Source: Oscillospiraceae bacterium (GTDB lineage: Bacteria; Bacillota; Clostridia; Oscillospirales; Ruminococcaceae). Taken from it: a stretch of DNA of 60,088 bases. Below are positions 18,485 through 27,788 of the stretch, one piece after another. A program made the position numbers and the translations under genes. The notes below the pieces were generated by a model. That model did not search any database and had not been told where the DNA came from. It saw only the letters and a program-made list of their open reading frames with translations. The stretch covers positions 1-60,088 of the forward strand of contig JAHHUD010000001.1 in assembly GCA_020024185.1 (NCBI GenBank). The letters run 5' to 3'. Position 1 is the first letter of the stretch; each line of letters starts with the position of its first letter.

Positions 18485-19972
18485 TTATTTTGCAATAACT
18501 TTTTTGCCTCTTATTTTTGTGCCGTTTACACTGTGAACAACAACATCTTTATATTTCATTGGAACTTCAACTGTTGTATGATTGTCACCAATTTTAATTG
18601 CACCAATTTCACTGCCTTTAATTCCGCTTTCTCCGGCAACTGCACCAACAATTTGTTTTGGAGAAACATTTTGTTTTCTGCCAATAGAAAGTCTCATGCA
18701 GTACATGTCGGAATTTGTATTATCCTCAGACTTTTTCTTTCTATCAGTTTTATCACGTCTATCCGGTTTATTTTTGCTATGTTTATCTTTAGAGAATGCT
18801 TTTTCTCTTCTGCGTTCTTTGCGTTCTCTTCTGCCATTTTCTTTTTCAACTTCAAAACCTTCAACTTCAAGGGGTTGAATATCAGATTTTGTTGTACGTA
18901 TAATGTCTTTTATTAAAACATCTTGGCGTTTACCTTGACAAAGTGTAAAACTCAAACCTTGTTTACCCGCACGTCCTGTTCTGCCAATACGGTGAACATA
19001 ATATTCTGTCTGTGTAGGTATATCAAAATTTATAACAGCATCAACATTGTTAACGTCGATACCACGTGCAGCCACATCAGTTGCGATAAGCATAGTTGCT
19101 TTACCTTTTCTGAATGCCGTCATAACTTTATCACGTTCTCTTTGACGCATATCCCCATGCAACCCTTCTGCTGCTATACCTTTTTCCTTTAAGCTTTCTG
19201 TAAGCTCATCAACCATTTTCTTTGTATTACAGAATACTATTGAAAGATTTATGTTATAAATCTCAAGCAATTTACAAAGAACTTCTGATTTTTTCCCTTT
19301 TGGACATTCAATATAATACTGTTTAATTGTATCAACTGTCATTTGTGATTTTTTAACTTCAACAAGCTGTGGTTCATTTTGATACTGGTCAACAATATCC
19401 ATTATTTCTTTTGGCATTGTAGCCGAGAAAAGCACAGTCTGTCTTTCTTGTGGAACAGCTTTTAAAACAGTTTCTATATCTTCACGAAATCCCATATTAA
19501 GCATTTCGTCAGCTTCATCAAGAACTATCATTTTAAGATTTGATAATTTCAAAGCTTTTCTGCGAATAAGGTCCATAACTCTGCCCGGTGTACCAACCAC
19601 AATTTGACAACCCTGTCTTAAAAGTGGTATTTGTCTGCCCAAAGGTTGTCCACCATATATAGCAAGTGTTTTTATTCCATGTGTAAATTTTGTAAGCTTT
19701 CTGATTTCACCACAAGCTTGCATTGCCAATTCTCTTGTTGGACAAAGCACAAGAACTTGTGTATATTTTTTATTCATTTCAGGGTCAATCGCATTTATTG
19801 CAGGTACACCAAATGCAACAGTTTTGCCACTTCCTGTTTGACTTTTGCCGATAACGTCCTTACCTTCAAGAATAAGTGGAATAGCTTTCTGCTGAATTTC
19901 TGTAAGCTGTGTAAACCCCATATCTTCAAGAGCTCTTTTAATTGAGTTTGATATATTAAAATTAAGTTCCAT
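18485..19972 (-). CDS. DEAD-box ATP-dependent RNA helicase with a C-terminal DbpA-type RNA-binding domain
   Basis: Q motif, GSGKT, DEAD (VLDEADEM), SAT, HRIGRTGRAG. An Arg/Lys-rich linker (RRERKERRREK...) precedes a C-terminal domain (RLSIGRKQNVSPKQIVGAV). Confidence 0.93.
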   Translation of the reverse strand: MELNFNISNSIKRALEDMGFTQLTEIQQKAIPLILEGKDVIGKSQTGSGKTVAFGVPAINAIDPEMNKKYTQVLVLCPTRELAMQACGEIRKLTKFTHGIKTLAIYGGQPLGRQIPLLRQGCQIVVGTPGRVMDLIRRKALKLSNLKMIVLDEADEMLNMGFREDIETVLKAVPQERQTVLFSATMPKEIMDIVDQYQNEPQLVEVKKSQMTVDTIKQYYIECPKGKKSEVLCKLLEIYNINLSIVFCNTKKMVDELTESLKEKGIAAEGLHGDMRQRERDKVMTAFRKGKATMLIATDVAARGIDVNNVDAVINFDIPTQTEYYVHRIGRTGRAGKQGLSFTLCQGKRQDVLIKDIIRTTKSDIQPLEVEGFEVEKENGRRERKERRREKAFSKDKHSKNKPDRRDKTDRKKKSEDNTNSDMYCMRLSIGRKQNVSPKQIVGAVAGESGIKGSEIGAIKIGDNHTTVEVPMKYKDVVVHSVNGTKIRGKKVIAK

Positions 19973-20078
19973 TAAAACCTCATATCTTTGGTTGCTTTAT
20001 AAAATTATGGCTATCTGCAACCAAAAATAACCATAATCAATACAACTTTTCAAGTATACAACAAGTTTATCTTCTTGT

Positions 20079-20122
20079 AAACAAAATCTGCTCTGAAAGT
20101 TTATACTACTTTCGGAGCAGAT
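20079..20122 (-). terminator. Intrinsic terminator after plsY
   Basis: Minus RNA ATCTGCTCCGAAAGT / ACTTTCAGAGCAGAT forms a 15-bp stem (one G-U pair) with a 7-nt loop, followed by TTTGTTT. Confidence 0.75.
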
Positions 20123-20133
20123 AAATTTAAGTA

Positions 20134-20838
20134 TTATTTTTTGTCTTTATCTTGACCGAATTTATATTCTGTTCCGTTGATAAGTCTTTTTATATTTGCT
20201 CTATGTGACCACGCAATAACTGAAGGAAAAACTATAGAGGCAATAAGATTTGGAACAGATACTGTTTTTGTAATTCCAAAATAAATAAGTGTTATAAAAA
20301 AGTATGATGCACTGGATATAATTGAACCCAAAGAAACAATTTTTGTGGTAAATACAATAATAAAAAATATACTTAATGCCAAACATAATGTTATCGGTGT
20401 TGCCGCCATAAGACTGCCTGCAACAACACTTACACCTTTTCCACCTTTAAATTGAAAAAAACAAGGATATAAATGTCCCAAAAAACTGCCCAAAACTGCA
20501 ATATAAATAGCAATTTCCATATATAAGTTTGAAGAGTAGTGAAACTCTCTATTAAATATAATAAAACTATTTGTTGCCTCTGGTAAAAAAGCGTTTGTGG
20601 CAAAAATTGCTCTTGCAAAAAGCACAGAAATTGTACCTTTAAGTGCATCTCCTGTTATAGTTAATGCAGCAGCTTTTTTGCCAAATGTACGCAAAATATT
20701 TGTCATGCCAGCGTTGCCAGAACCAAATGACCTTATATCTTTTTTATAAATTCCTTTGCTGACAATAATTGCAAAGGATAAAGAACCCAAAAGATAAGAA
20801 ACGATAAAAGTTATAAGCCATTTTACAAAAATCGGCAT
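20134..20838 (-). CDS. plsY: Glycerol-3-phosphate acyltransferase (acyl-phosphate dependent)
   Basis: PlsY motif GSGNAGMTN, multi-TM, 234 aa. Its start overlaps the der stop by 1 nt. Confidence 0.92.
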   Translation of the reverse strand: MPIFVKWLITFIVSYLLGSLSFAIIVSKGIYKKDIRSFGSGNAGMTNILRTFGKKAAALTITGDALKGTISVLFARAIFATNAFLPEATNSFIIFNREFHYSSNLYMEIAIYIAVLGSFLGHLYPCFFQFKGGKGVSVVAGSLMAATPITLCLALSIFFIIVFTTKIVSLGSIISSASYFFITLIYFGITKTVSVPNLIASIVFPSVIAWSHRANIKRLINGTEYKFGQDKDKK

Positions 20839-22163
20839 TAGCTGTCACCTCTTTCACGAATTATAAGTTTAATTGGTGTGCCTTCCAACCCAAAAACTTC
20901 TCTTATCTGATTTTCGATATATCTTTGATATGAGAAATGGAACAATTCTTTTTTATTACAGAACGCAACAAATGTTGGTGGTCTTGTTCCAATTTGAGTC
21001 ATATAGTAAATTTTAAGACGTTTACCTTTATCACTTGGTGGTTGAACACGCTGAACAGCTCTTGCCAAAATATCGTTAAGAACACCTGTTGTTGTTCTAA
21101 ATGAGTTTTGGTCATCAACAAATTTAATAAGTTCAAAGAGTTTATCAAGTCTTTGACCTGTTTTTGCAGAAATAAATATAATTGGAGCATAAGACATAAA
21201 TGAAAAATCTTCCATAAGCTTTTTACGCATTATATCCATGGTTTTATCATCTTTTTCAACTGCGTCCCATTTATTAACGGCGATTATACAAGCCTTGCCC
21301 TGTTCATGTGCAAAACCTGCAACTTTTGAATCTTGTTCTGTAAATCCAACAGTGCCATCAATCATAATAACACAAACTTTACTGCGTTCCACAGCAGCAA
21401 GAGCACGGATAACTGAGAATCGTTCAACACCTTCTTCCACGTTACCGCGTTTACGCATACCTGCTGTGTCGGTAAAGACAAATTTACCATATTTATTTTC
21501 AACAAAGCTGTCAACAGCATCTCTTGTTGTTCCGCTTTCATTACGAACAATCATTCTTTCTTCGCCTATAATTTTATTTACAAGGCTAGATTTGCCAACG
21601 TTCGGTCTGCCGATAACAGCAACAGAAATTTTTTCATCATTATCTTCTGTTTGTTCTTCTTTATAATCTATATATTTAAAACATTCATCAAGAATATCAC
21701 CTGTACCATGACCATGTACTGAAGATACTGGGAATGGGTCACCGAGTCCTAATGAATAAAACTCATATATATCATCAGGAACTTTACCAACAGAGTCGCA
21801 TTTATTTACAACAAGAATAACCGGCTTGCCACTTCTCAAAAGCATTGTTGCAACATCATAATCATTTGCAGTAACACCTGTTCGTATATCTGTTACAAAC
21901 AAAATAACCTGTGCTGTATCAATAGCAATCTGAGCTTGGTCTTTTATATGTTTTAAAATGCTATTATCATTTTTTGGTTCAATACCACCTGTATCAACAA
22001 GTAAAAACTCTTTATCAAGCCATGAGCCTTCAGCGTAAATTCTATCCCTTGTAACACCAGGAGTATCTTCTACAATACTTATACGCTGACCTATAATTTT
22101 ATTAAAAAGAGTTGATTTACCAACATTTGGTCTGCCTACAATCGCAATAATTGGTTTTGCCAT
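20838..22163 (-). CDS. der: Ribosome-associated GTPase Der/EngA
   Basis: Two tandem G domains (GRPNVGKST and GRPNVGKSS, DTGG/DTAG, NKCD/NKWD) plus a KH-like C-terminus. Confidence 0.97.
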   Translation of the reverse strand: MAKPIIAIVGRPNVGKSTLFNKIIGQRISIVEDTPGVTRDRIYAEGSWLDKEFLLVDTGGIEPKNDNSILKHIKDQAQIAIDTAQVILFVTDIRTGVTANDYDVATMLLRSGKPVILVVNKCDSVGKVPDDIYEFYSLGLGDPFPVSSVHGHGTGDILDECFKYIDYKEEQTEDNDEKISVAVIGRPNVGKSSLVNKIIGEERMIVRNESGTTRDAVDSFVENKYGKFVFTDTAGMRKRGNVEEGVERFSVIRALAAVERSKVCVIMIDGTVGFTEQDSKVAGFAHEQGKACIIAVNKWDAVEKDDKTMDIMRKKLMEDFSFMSYAPIIFISAKTGQRLDKLFELIKFVDDQNSFRTTTGVLNDILARAVQRVQPPSDKGKRLKIYYMTQIGTRPPTFVAFCNKKELFHFSYQRYIENQIREVFGLEGTPIKLIIRERGDS

Positions 22164-22166
22164 ATA

Positions 22167-23480
22167 CTACACCTCTTTCATTATTCCGGACAGCAAATCA
22201 TAGCCGTCATTTGTGAAAAATTCAATTTTTGTATTTAATCTTTCTTCCAACTCAGGAACTGTCATATCATCAAGAAAAACATCAGCATTACTGCTTAATA
22301 CGTCTTTGCACAAGCAAAGTCTGTCTGTTTTCAAGTTTCCGGCAAGCTGTTCAGAAAAATCTATACCCGTCAAAAGTCCTGTTACAGTAACATTTCCACC
22401 AAAGAAATTGTTTTTTATCTTATGCACATAAATTTTGAGTTTATCACCATACTTTTCCATCGCCATATCAACCATATGACAAAGAACAGGATAAAAACTT
22501 TCTCCGGTTGCAAGGTCAACTGCAACAGCTTCATTTATTGTTTCATGATAATCCATATCAGCAAGAAAATTATCAATAAATGTTCTTACCATTCCAACAC
22601 CATTTTCTATTTGTGGAAAACCTTCATAATAATCTTCTTCCGGTATGGGCATTTTTGCGTTTAGATAAAACTCATCAGAGAGATATACAAGTCTTGTGCC
22701 ATGTTTTTCATAGAAATCTTTTGTTGCATTTTCAACAAGCTCAATAACTTCTCTAAATCCTTCTTTATCAAAAATTTCTGCTTTTACAAGACCTTCACGG
22801 TATCTTGTGATACCAATTGGAACAATCGAAACACTTTGAACGTGTGGATATAAGCCTTGCAAATCTTTTATAGTTCTTTCCAGTTCTTTTCCATCATTAA
22901 CACCTTTGCAAAGAACTATCTGACAGTTCATTTTAATATCAGCTTCTGCAAATCCACGCATTTTATCCATAATTTCAGCTGCATGAGGATTTTTCATCAT
23001 TTCAACCCTAAGCTCTGGATTAGTTGTATGAACAGAAATATTAATAGGAGAAATTCTCACTTTTTTAATTCTGTCATATTCTTTTTGCGTAAGATTTGTA
23101 AGTGTTATATAGTTGCCAAATAAAAATGACAGTCTTTCATCATCATCTTTAAAATAAAGAGAAGGACGCATACCTTTTGGTAGCTGGTCAATAAAACAGA
23201 ACATACATTTATTTTTGCAGTAATGATGTTTGTCAATGAGATAAGTATCAAACTCAAATCCAAGGGGAGTATACTCATCTTTTCCCACAACATTTATAAC
23301 TTTTTGTTCTCCATTTTCATCAGTGAGAGATATTTTAAGGTTTCTATTAGCCTGATAAAACTGCAAGTCCAGCATATCATTTATTTCTTCACCGTTAATA
23401 TGTGTAAGAATATCTCCAGACTTAATGTTGTACATTTCAGCCACAGAACCAGGCATTATGCCTTTTATTTGTACGGCCAT
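22167..23480 (-). CDS. PDZ / radical-SAM-like / DUF512 protein
   Basis: N-terminal PDZ-like segment (IKGIMPGSVAE...GDILTHING) and CKNKCMFC (CxxxCxxC). Conserved position upstream of der. Start moved to the ATG at 23478-23480, with GGAGG 6 nt upstream. Confidence 0.8.
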   Translation of the reverse strand: MAVQIKGIMPGSVAEMYNIKSGDILTHINGEEINDMLDLQFYQANRNLKISLTDENGEQKVINVVGKDEYTPLGFEFDTYLIDKHHYCKNKCMFCFIDQLPKGMRPSLYFKDDDERLSFLFGNYITLTNLTQKEYDRIKKVRISPINISVHTTNPELRVEMMKNPHAAEIMDKMRGFAEADIKMNCQIVLCKGVNDGKELERTIKDLQGLYPHVQSVSIVPIGITRYREGLVKAEIFDKEGFREVIELVENATKDFYEKHGTRLVYLSDEFYLNAKMPIPEEDYYEGFPQIENGVGMVRTFIDNFLADMDYHETINEAVAVDLATGESFYPVLCHMVDMAMEKYGDKLKIYVHKIKNNFFGGNVTVTGLLTGIDFSEQLAGNLKTDRLCLCKDVLSSNADVFLDDMTVPELEERLNTKIEFFTNDGYDLLSGIMKEV

Positions 23481-23587
23481 ATAAAACCTCCTGCAAAAAT
23501 AATAAAAAGAATAAGACAATATTTTGCATATTATCCTAATTTAGTATTATATCATATTTTTTTAAAAATACTATAAAAAATTTGCAA

Positions 23588-23620
23588 ATAAAAAAGGGTG
23601 GAGTTATAAACTCTACCCTT
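23588..23620 (-). terminator. Intrinsic terminator after rpmF
   Basis: Minus RNA AAGGGTAGAGT / ACTCCACCCTT stem with a 5-nt loop, followed by TTTTTATTT. Confidence 0.75.
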
Positions 23621-23638
23621 TAAATCTGTTAAATTAAA

Positions 23639-23821
23639 TTAAGCTTCTTTTTTGATTACAGCTTTGCCTTTGTAGTAACCACAGCTTTTGCAAACTTTAT
23701 GTGGAAGTGTTAATTCACCACATTGAGCACATTTAACAAATGATGGTGCAGATAATTTCCATACGGAAGAACGTCTTTTGTCTCTTCTTGCTTTTGAAAC
23801 TTTTCTCTTTGGTACTGCCAT
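23639..23821 (-). CDS. rpmF: 50S ribosomal protein L32 (zinc-ribbon form)
   Basis: MAVPKRKVSKARRDKRR N-terminus. CxxC...CxxC (CAQCG, CKSCG). Confidence 0.97.
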   Translation of the reverse strand: MAVPKRKVSKARRDKRRSSVWKLSAPSFVKCAQCGELTLPHKVCKSCGYYKGKAVIKKEA

Positions 23822-23836
23822 TCTTTAGCACCTCCT

Positions 23837-24340
23837 CTAATTATCATCGTCTTGTAATAATTGTTTTAATACTAATAACCTTGGGTCAATCTGTTGAGAT
23901 TGACAGTTGCAATTTTCCTCTTTAGGTCTGCCACAATACTGGCATAACCCCTGGCAATCCTCTTTGCAAACTAATGCAGTTGGGATTTCTAAGGATAATT
24001 CTTGCAGTACAAGCTGTTTTACGTCAAGTGTGTTATCACTGCTTACAGGTATTTCTGGGTCAGACTGTGTGAGGATGTCTGATGTTACCACAAATTCCTG
24101 AGAGAAGTTAAATTCTCTGTTAAACAGCTTTAAACATCTTGCACAGCTGCATTGTGCTTCTGCTTGCACATTGAGCTTTATAAATGTTTCTTCGTTGCCT
24201 TTATGAAGATTTAAAACTGCCTTTACAGGCTTTAAAAATTCAACATCGTAGCTTACATTTTCTTTACTGAAATCAAGTTCCAGCTCAAGCTGTTTATCAT
24301 TCTCTTCCCTTTGGAAGATTTTACTGAGATTAACTAACAT
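23837..24340 (-). CDS. DUF177 (YceD-family) protein
   Basis: 167 aa acidic protein with Cys motifs (CKEDCQGLCQYCG), immediately upstream of rpmF as in most bacteria. Confidence 0.85.
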   Translation of the reverse strand: MLVNLSKIFQREENDKQLELELDFSKENVSYDVEFLKPVKAVLNLHKGNEETFIKLNVQAEAQCSCARCLKLFNREFNFSQEFVVTSDILTQSDPEIPVSSDNTLDVKQLVLQELSLEIPTALVCKEDCQGLCQYCGRPKEENCNCQSQQIDPRLLVLKQLLQDDDN

Positions 24341-24366
24341 AAAGCACCTCTTTAGGTCACTTAAAT

Positions 24367-24395
24367 ATTATATAGACCTTTATCTTTTTTGTCAA
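24367..24395 (-). promoter_or_regulatory. Perfect consensus sigma-A promoter of yceD-rpmF
   Basis: Minus strand TTGACA (24390-24395), 17 nt, TATAAT (24367-24372). Confidence 0.7.
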
Positions 24396-24436
24396 GGATA
24401 ATTTTACTTTTATTTTATCTGTTTGATAGATTTCGA

Positions 24437-24475
24437 CAATAAATTAGTGCAGTAATCTAAAAACAGATACTGCAC
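24437..24475 (-). terminator. Hairpin terminator after the small P-loop gene
   Basis: GTGCAGTA(A)TCT / AGATACTGCAC, 11 bp with a one-base bulge and a 6-nt loop. Moderately U-rich tail on the minus strand. Confidence 0.45.
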
Positions 24476-24493
24476 CAATTTAACTGTTTTAAA

Positions 24494-24895
24494 TTATAAA
24501 TATTTTTTAACGCAATCAGTAAGTTCACTTTCATCAGCAGATACTGTAAATACAACTGTTATATTGTTTGTAATTGCATCAACTTTTTCAAGCAATTCAC
24601 CAAATTTTTCCATATCTCTGTCAAGAACTTTTAATATTCCGTCAACATAAATCTGTTCGATATCATAATTGCCTGCAAGAACACCTGCAAAGAAACCATA
24701 AAATTGTTTTTTGCCTTCAATTTTATAATTATCAACATCAATCAGTCTAACACTTGTTGGAATATTATATCCCAATTGCATGGATTTTTCGATGCACACG
24801 ATATTACCTTTAACTTTTGACAAGTTTTCGTTTATCATATCAACCATTTTCTTTGTTTTTCCGGAACCTTTGCCACCAACTATCAATTTTATCAT
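24494..24895 (-). CDS. Small (133 aa) P-loop NTPase-like protein, function unknown
   Basis: Walker A GGKGSGKT at residues 7-14 and possible Walker B QIYVDG. Strong RBS (GGAGG 8 nt before the ATG). 35 nt downstream of pgi. Confidence 0.7.
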   Translation of the reverse strand: MIKLIVGGKGSGKTKKMVDMINENLSKVKGNIVCIEKSMQLGYNIPTSVRLIDVDNYKIEGKKQFYGFFAGVLAGNYDIEQIYVDGILKVLDRDMEKFGELLEKVDAITNNITVVFTVSADESELTDCVKKYL

Positions 24896-24930
24896 AATGC
24901 ATACCTCCTATATTTAAACGCTTACGCGCA

Positions 24931-26268
24931 TTATTTACTTAATTTTTCAAGTAACTTTTCTCTTTGTTGTTCATATCCTGGTTTACCAAGAAGTGCGAAC
25001 ATATTTACTTTATAGTCTTCAACACCAGGTTGGTTAAATGGGTTTATGCCGAGCAGATAACCTGATATTGCACAAGCTTTTTCAAAGAAGTAAATGATAT
25101 ATCCAAGATTTTCTTCGTCCATAGCGTCAGCTTCCAAGACAATATTTGGAACACCACCTGCAACATGAGCCAAAATTGTACCTTGCATTGCTTTTTTATT
25201 TATTTCGCTCATTTGTTGGTCTGCAAGGAAGTTAAGCCCATCGAAATTGTCTTTATCTTTTTTTACAAAAAAGTCTTTTCCTGCATTTTTAAAAGATACA
25301 ACTGTTTCAAATATATTGCGTGAACCATCTTGTATAAACTGACCCATGCTATGTAAATCGGTTGAGAAAATAACACTTGCAGGAAAAATACCTCTTTGGT
25401 CCTTACCTTCACTTTCACCGTAAAGTTGTTTATACCATTCGTTCATCATCTGCCAGTTTGGCTCATAGCTTGCCATAATTTCAATAGCTTTTCCTTTGCG
25501 GTGCAAGATGTTTCTTGTTGCTGCATATTTATAACAATCGTTATGTTCGCCAGGAGTTTCAAAGTCCTTATAAGCTTTTTGAGCGCCAAGCATAATTTTA
25601 TCTATATCAAATCCTGCCGCTGCTATTGGCAATAAACCAACTGCTGTAAGAACAGAATATCTGCCTCCAACATCATCTTCTATAACAAAAGTCTGATAAC
25701 CTTCTTTGTCTGATAAAGTTTTCAAAGTACCTCTTGCCTTATCTGTTGTAACATAAATTCTGTCTTTTGCACCTTCTATGCCATACTTTTCTTCCATAAG
25801 TTCTTTAAAAACTCTGAAAGCAATTGCAGGCTCAGTTGTTGTACCGGATTTTGAAATAACATTTACAGAAAGTTCTTTACCCTCGCAAAGTTCAAGAATA
25901 TTATTTAGATAAGATGGGCTAATGTTATTGCCAACAAAATAAACTTTAAGTTTATTTTTATCCAAATTATTATATTGTTGAGAACCAAGAAATTCTATTG
26001 CAGCTCTTGCACCAAGATAAGAACCACCTATACCAATAACAATTAAAATATCACTGTCATTTCTAATTTTTTCAGCAGATTTTTTAATTTGTTCAAACTC
26101 AGTTTTATCATAATCAAAAGGAAGATTGAGCCAGCCCAAAAAGTCACTACCCGCACCATTTTTCTGATGGAGTATATTGTGGCATAACTCAATCTCTTTG
26201 CTTATATTATTAAATTCCTCTGGCTTTACAAAGCCTTCTAAATATTTTCCTTGAAATTTTACAGCCAT
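24931..26268 (-). CDS. pgi: Glucose-6-phosphate isomerase
   Basis: Firmicute-type 445-aa PGI: [27 protein letters not shown]. Confidence 0.96.
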   Translation of the reverse strand: MAVKFQGKYLEGFVKPEEFNNISKEIELCHNILHQKNGAGSDFLGWLNLPFDYDKTEFEQIKKSAEKIRNDSDILIVIGIGGSYLGARAAIEFLGSQQYNNLDKNKLKVYFVGNNISPSYLNNILELCEGKELSVNVISKSGTTTEPAIAFRVFKELMEEKYGIEGAKDRIYVTTDKARGTLKTLSDKEGYQTFVIEDDVGGRYSVLTAVGLLPIAAAGFDIDKIMLGAQKAYKDFETPGEHNDCYKYAATRNILHRKGKAIEIMASYEPNWQMMNEWYKQLYGESEGKDQRGIFPASVIFSTDLHSMGQFIQDGSRNIFETVVSFKNAGKDFFVKKDKDNFDGLNFLADQQMSEINKKAMQGTILAHVAGGVPNIVLEADAMDEENLGYIIYFFEKACAISGYLLGINPFNQPGVEDYKVNMFALLGKPGYEQQREKLLEKLSK

Positions 26269-26296
26269 ATTTTTTACCTCTTACTAACTTTCTTAC

Positions 26297-26325
26297 AGTA
26301 TACAATGTTGCTAAAAAACTGTCAA
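26297..26325 (-). promoter_or_regulatory. Sigma-A promoter of pgi
   Basis: Minus strand TTGACA (26320-26325), 17 nt, TATACT (26297-26302). Confidence 0.65.
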
Positions 26326-26362
26326 TATCTTAAAGATTTTTTTGTTAACTTTGGTACATTTT

Positions 26363-27661
26363 TTACATTTTACATATAATATTTATCAATATTGACAAAG
26401 CTTTTTTAAAATCAACCTTTTCTACATTTTCTCCGATTTTTATTGGATATTGTTTTATTTTTTCACCTCCGGAATACAGCTCAACATTACCTATCTGTGT
26501 TCCCTGTGATATAGGAGCGTCAATATATTCCGGTATGGTAATTCTGCTTTCAAGATTTGATGTACTGCCCTTTAAAAACAACATATTCTGTGGCAATTCA
26601 TAATCTAGCTTAACTTTTTTTTGCACACCAAATCTTATATCTATTTCTTCAGGATATGCTTGAGAAGCCGGGAATGGCTTGCTTTCAAAATTAGAAAAAC
26701 CAAAATCAAGCAATCTTGTGGCCGCTTCAAATCTTTCATCTCCACTTGCAGAGCCCAAAACAACAGATATAAAAGACATATTACCACGCTTTGCAGTTGC
26801 TGTTATACATACACCTGCCTGGCTTGTTGTACCTGTTTTTAACCCGGTTATTCCATTGTATGTACGTAACAACTTATTTGTATTTACTATCTGTGTCTGC
26901 CCATTTCTCAACTCGTCCATCCATATTGTGGTGTAATCAAAAACTTTTTTATGCTTCATAAGTTCACGGCTCATAATGGCAACATCTCTTGCACAAGAAA
27001 AATGACCTTCTGCATCAAGACCACAGGCATTTACAAAATGGGTTTTTTCCATGCCAAGCTCTTTTGCACGATTATTCATCATATCACAAAAACCGGTTTC
27101 GCTTCCTCCAACAAACTCTGCCAAAGCTACTGCTGCATCATTTGCACTGGCAACAGCAACAGCCTTCAGCAATTCATGAACTGTAAATATTTCACCCGGC
27201 TCAAGCCATATCTGACTTCCGCCCATAGAAAACGCATGTGCAGAAATCGGCACTGTATCTTCCATCTTTATTTTACCACTGTCTATTGCCTCAAAAATCA
27301 AAAGCATAGTCATAACCTTTGTTATAGATGCTATTGGCAATTTTTCATCTATATTTTTACCATATAAAATTTGACCTGTGGTTTCGTCCATAAGCAGTCC
27401 TGCTTTTGCAGGAATATCAAAATTATTTTGGTCTGCAATCTTATCAACAAAACTATCACTGTTTACAATTGCTGCAGCGCTTGCAGGTTCAACAGGCGTA
27501 TTGCTTTCTGTTTTGCTATAAGATTGAGCATTTGTCTCAAGTGCAATACCGTCTTCTATATAGGTTTCTGTCTCAAAATTCTGCTGACCGCTTGCAAACA
27601 CATTTAAAGACAAAGCAACTATAAAAATTGCCGTTACAAATAAACTTATTAGCTTTTTCAT
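26363..27661 (-). CDS. Serine-type D-Ala-D-Ala carboxypeptidase (low-molecular-weight PBP, peptidase S11)
   Basis: Signal peptide. SxxK (ASITKVM), SxN (SANDAA), KTG (LKTGTT). C-terminal PBP5-like domain. Confidence 0.9.
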   Translation of the reverse strand: MKKLISLFVTAIFIVALSLNVFASGQQNFETETYIEDGIALETNAQSYSKTESNTPVEPASAAAIVNSDSFVDKIADQNNFDIPAKAGLLMDETTGQILYGKNIDEKLPIASITKVMTMLLIFEAIDSGKIKMEDTVPISAHAFSMGGSQIWLEPGEIFTVHELLKAVAVASANDAAVALAEFVGGSETGFCDMMNNRAKELGMEKTHFVNACGLDAEGHFSCARDVAIMSRELMKHKKVFDYTTIWMDELRNGQTQIVNTNKLLRTYNGITGLKTGTTSQAGVCITATAKRGNMSFISVVLGSASGDERFEAATRLLDFGFSNFESKPFPASQAYPEEIDIRFGVQKKVKLDYELPQNMLFLKGSTSNLESRITIPEYIDAPISQGTQIGNVELYSGGEKIKQYPIKIGENVEKVDFKKALSILINIICKM

Positions 27662-27726
27662 AATCTACCACCTTAATTTATACTTTTATAATTTATATGT
27701 GTAATATAATGGAAATATTAAAATAG

Positions 27727-27755
27727 TTGAGATTTTTTTTAAAATCAAGTATAAT
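27727..27755 (+). promoter_or_regulatory. Sigma-A promoter of mtaB-gtrA
   Basis: TTGAGA (27727-27732), 17 nt, TATAAT (27750-27755). About 33 nt before the mtaB ATG. Confidence 0.6.
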
Positions 27756-27788
27756 AAATTTCTATAATCTAATAAAAGGAAGTATTAA

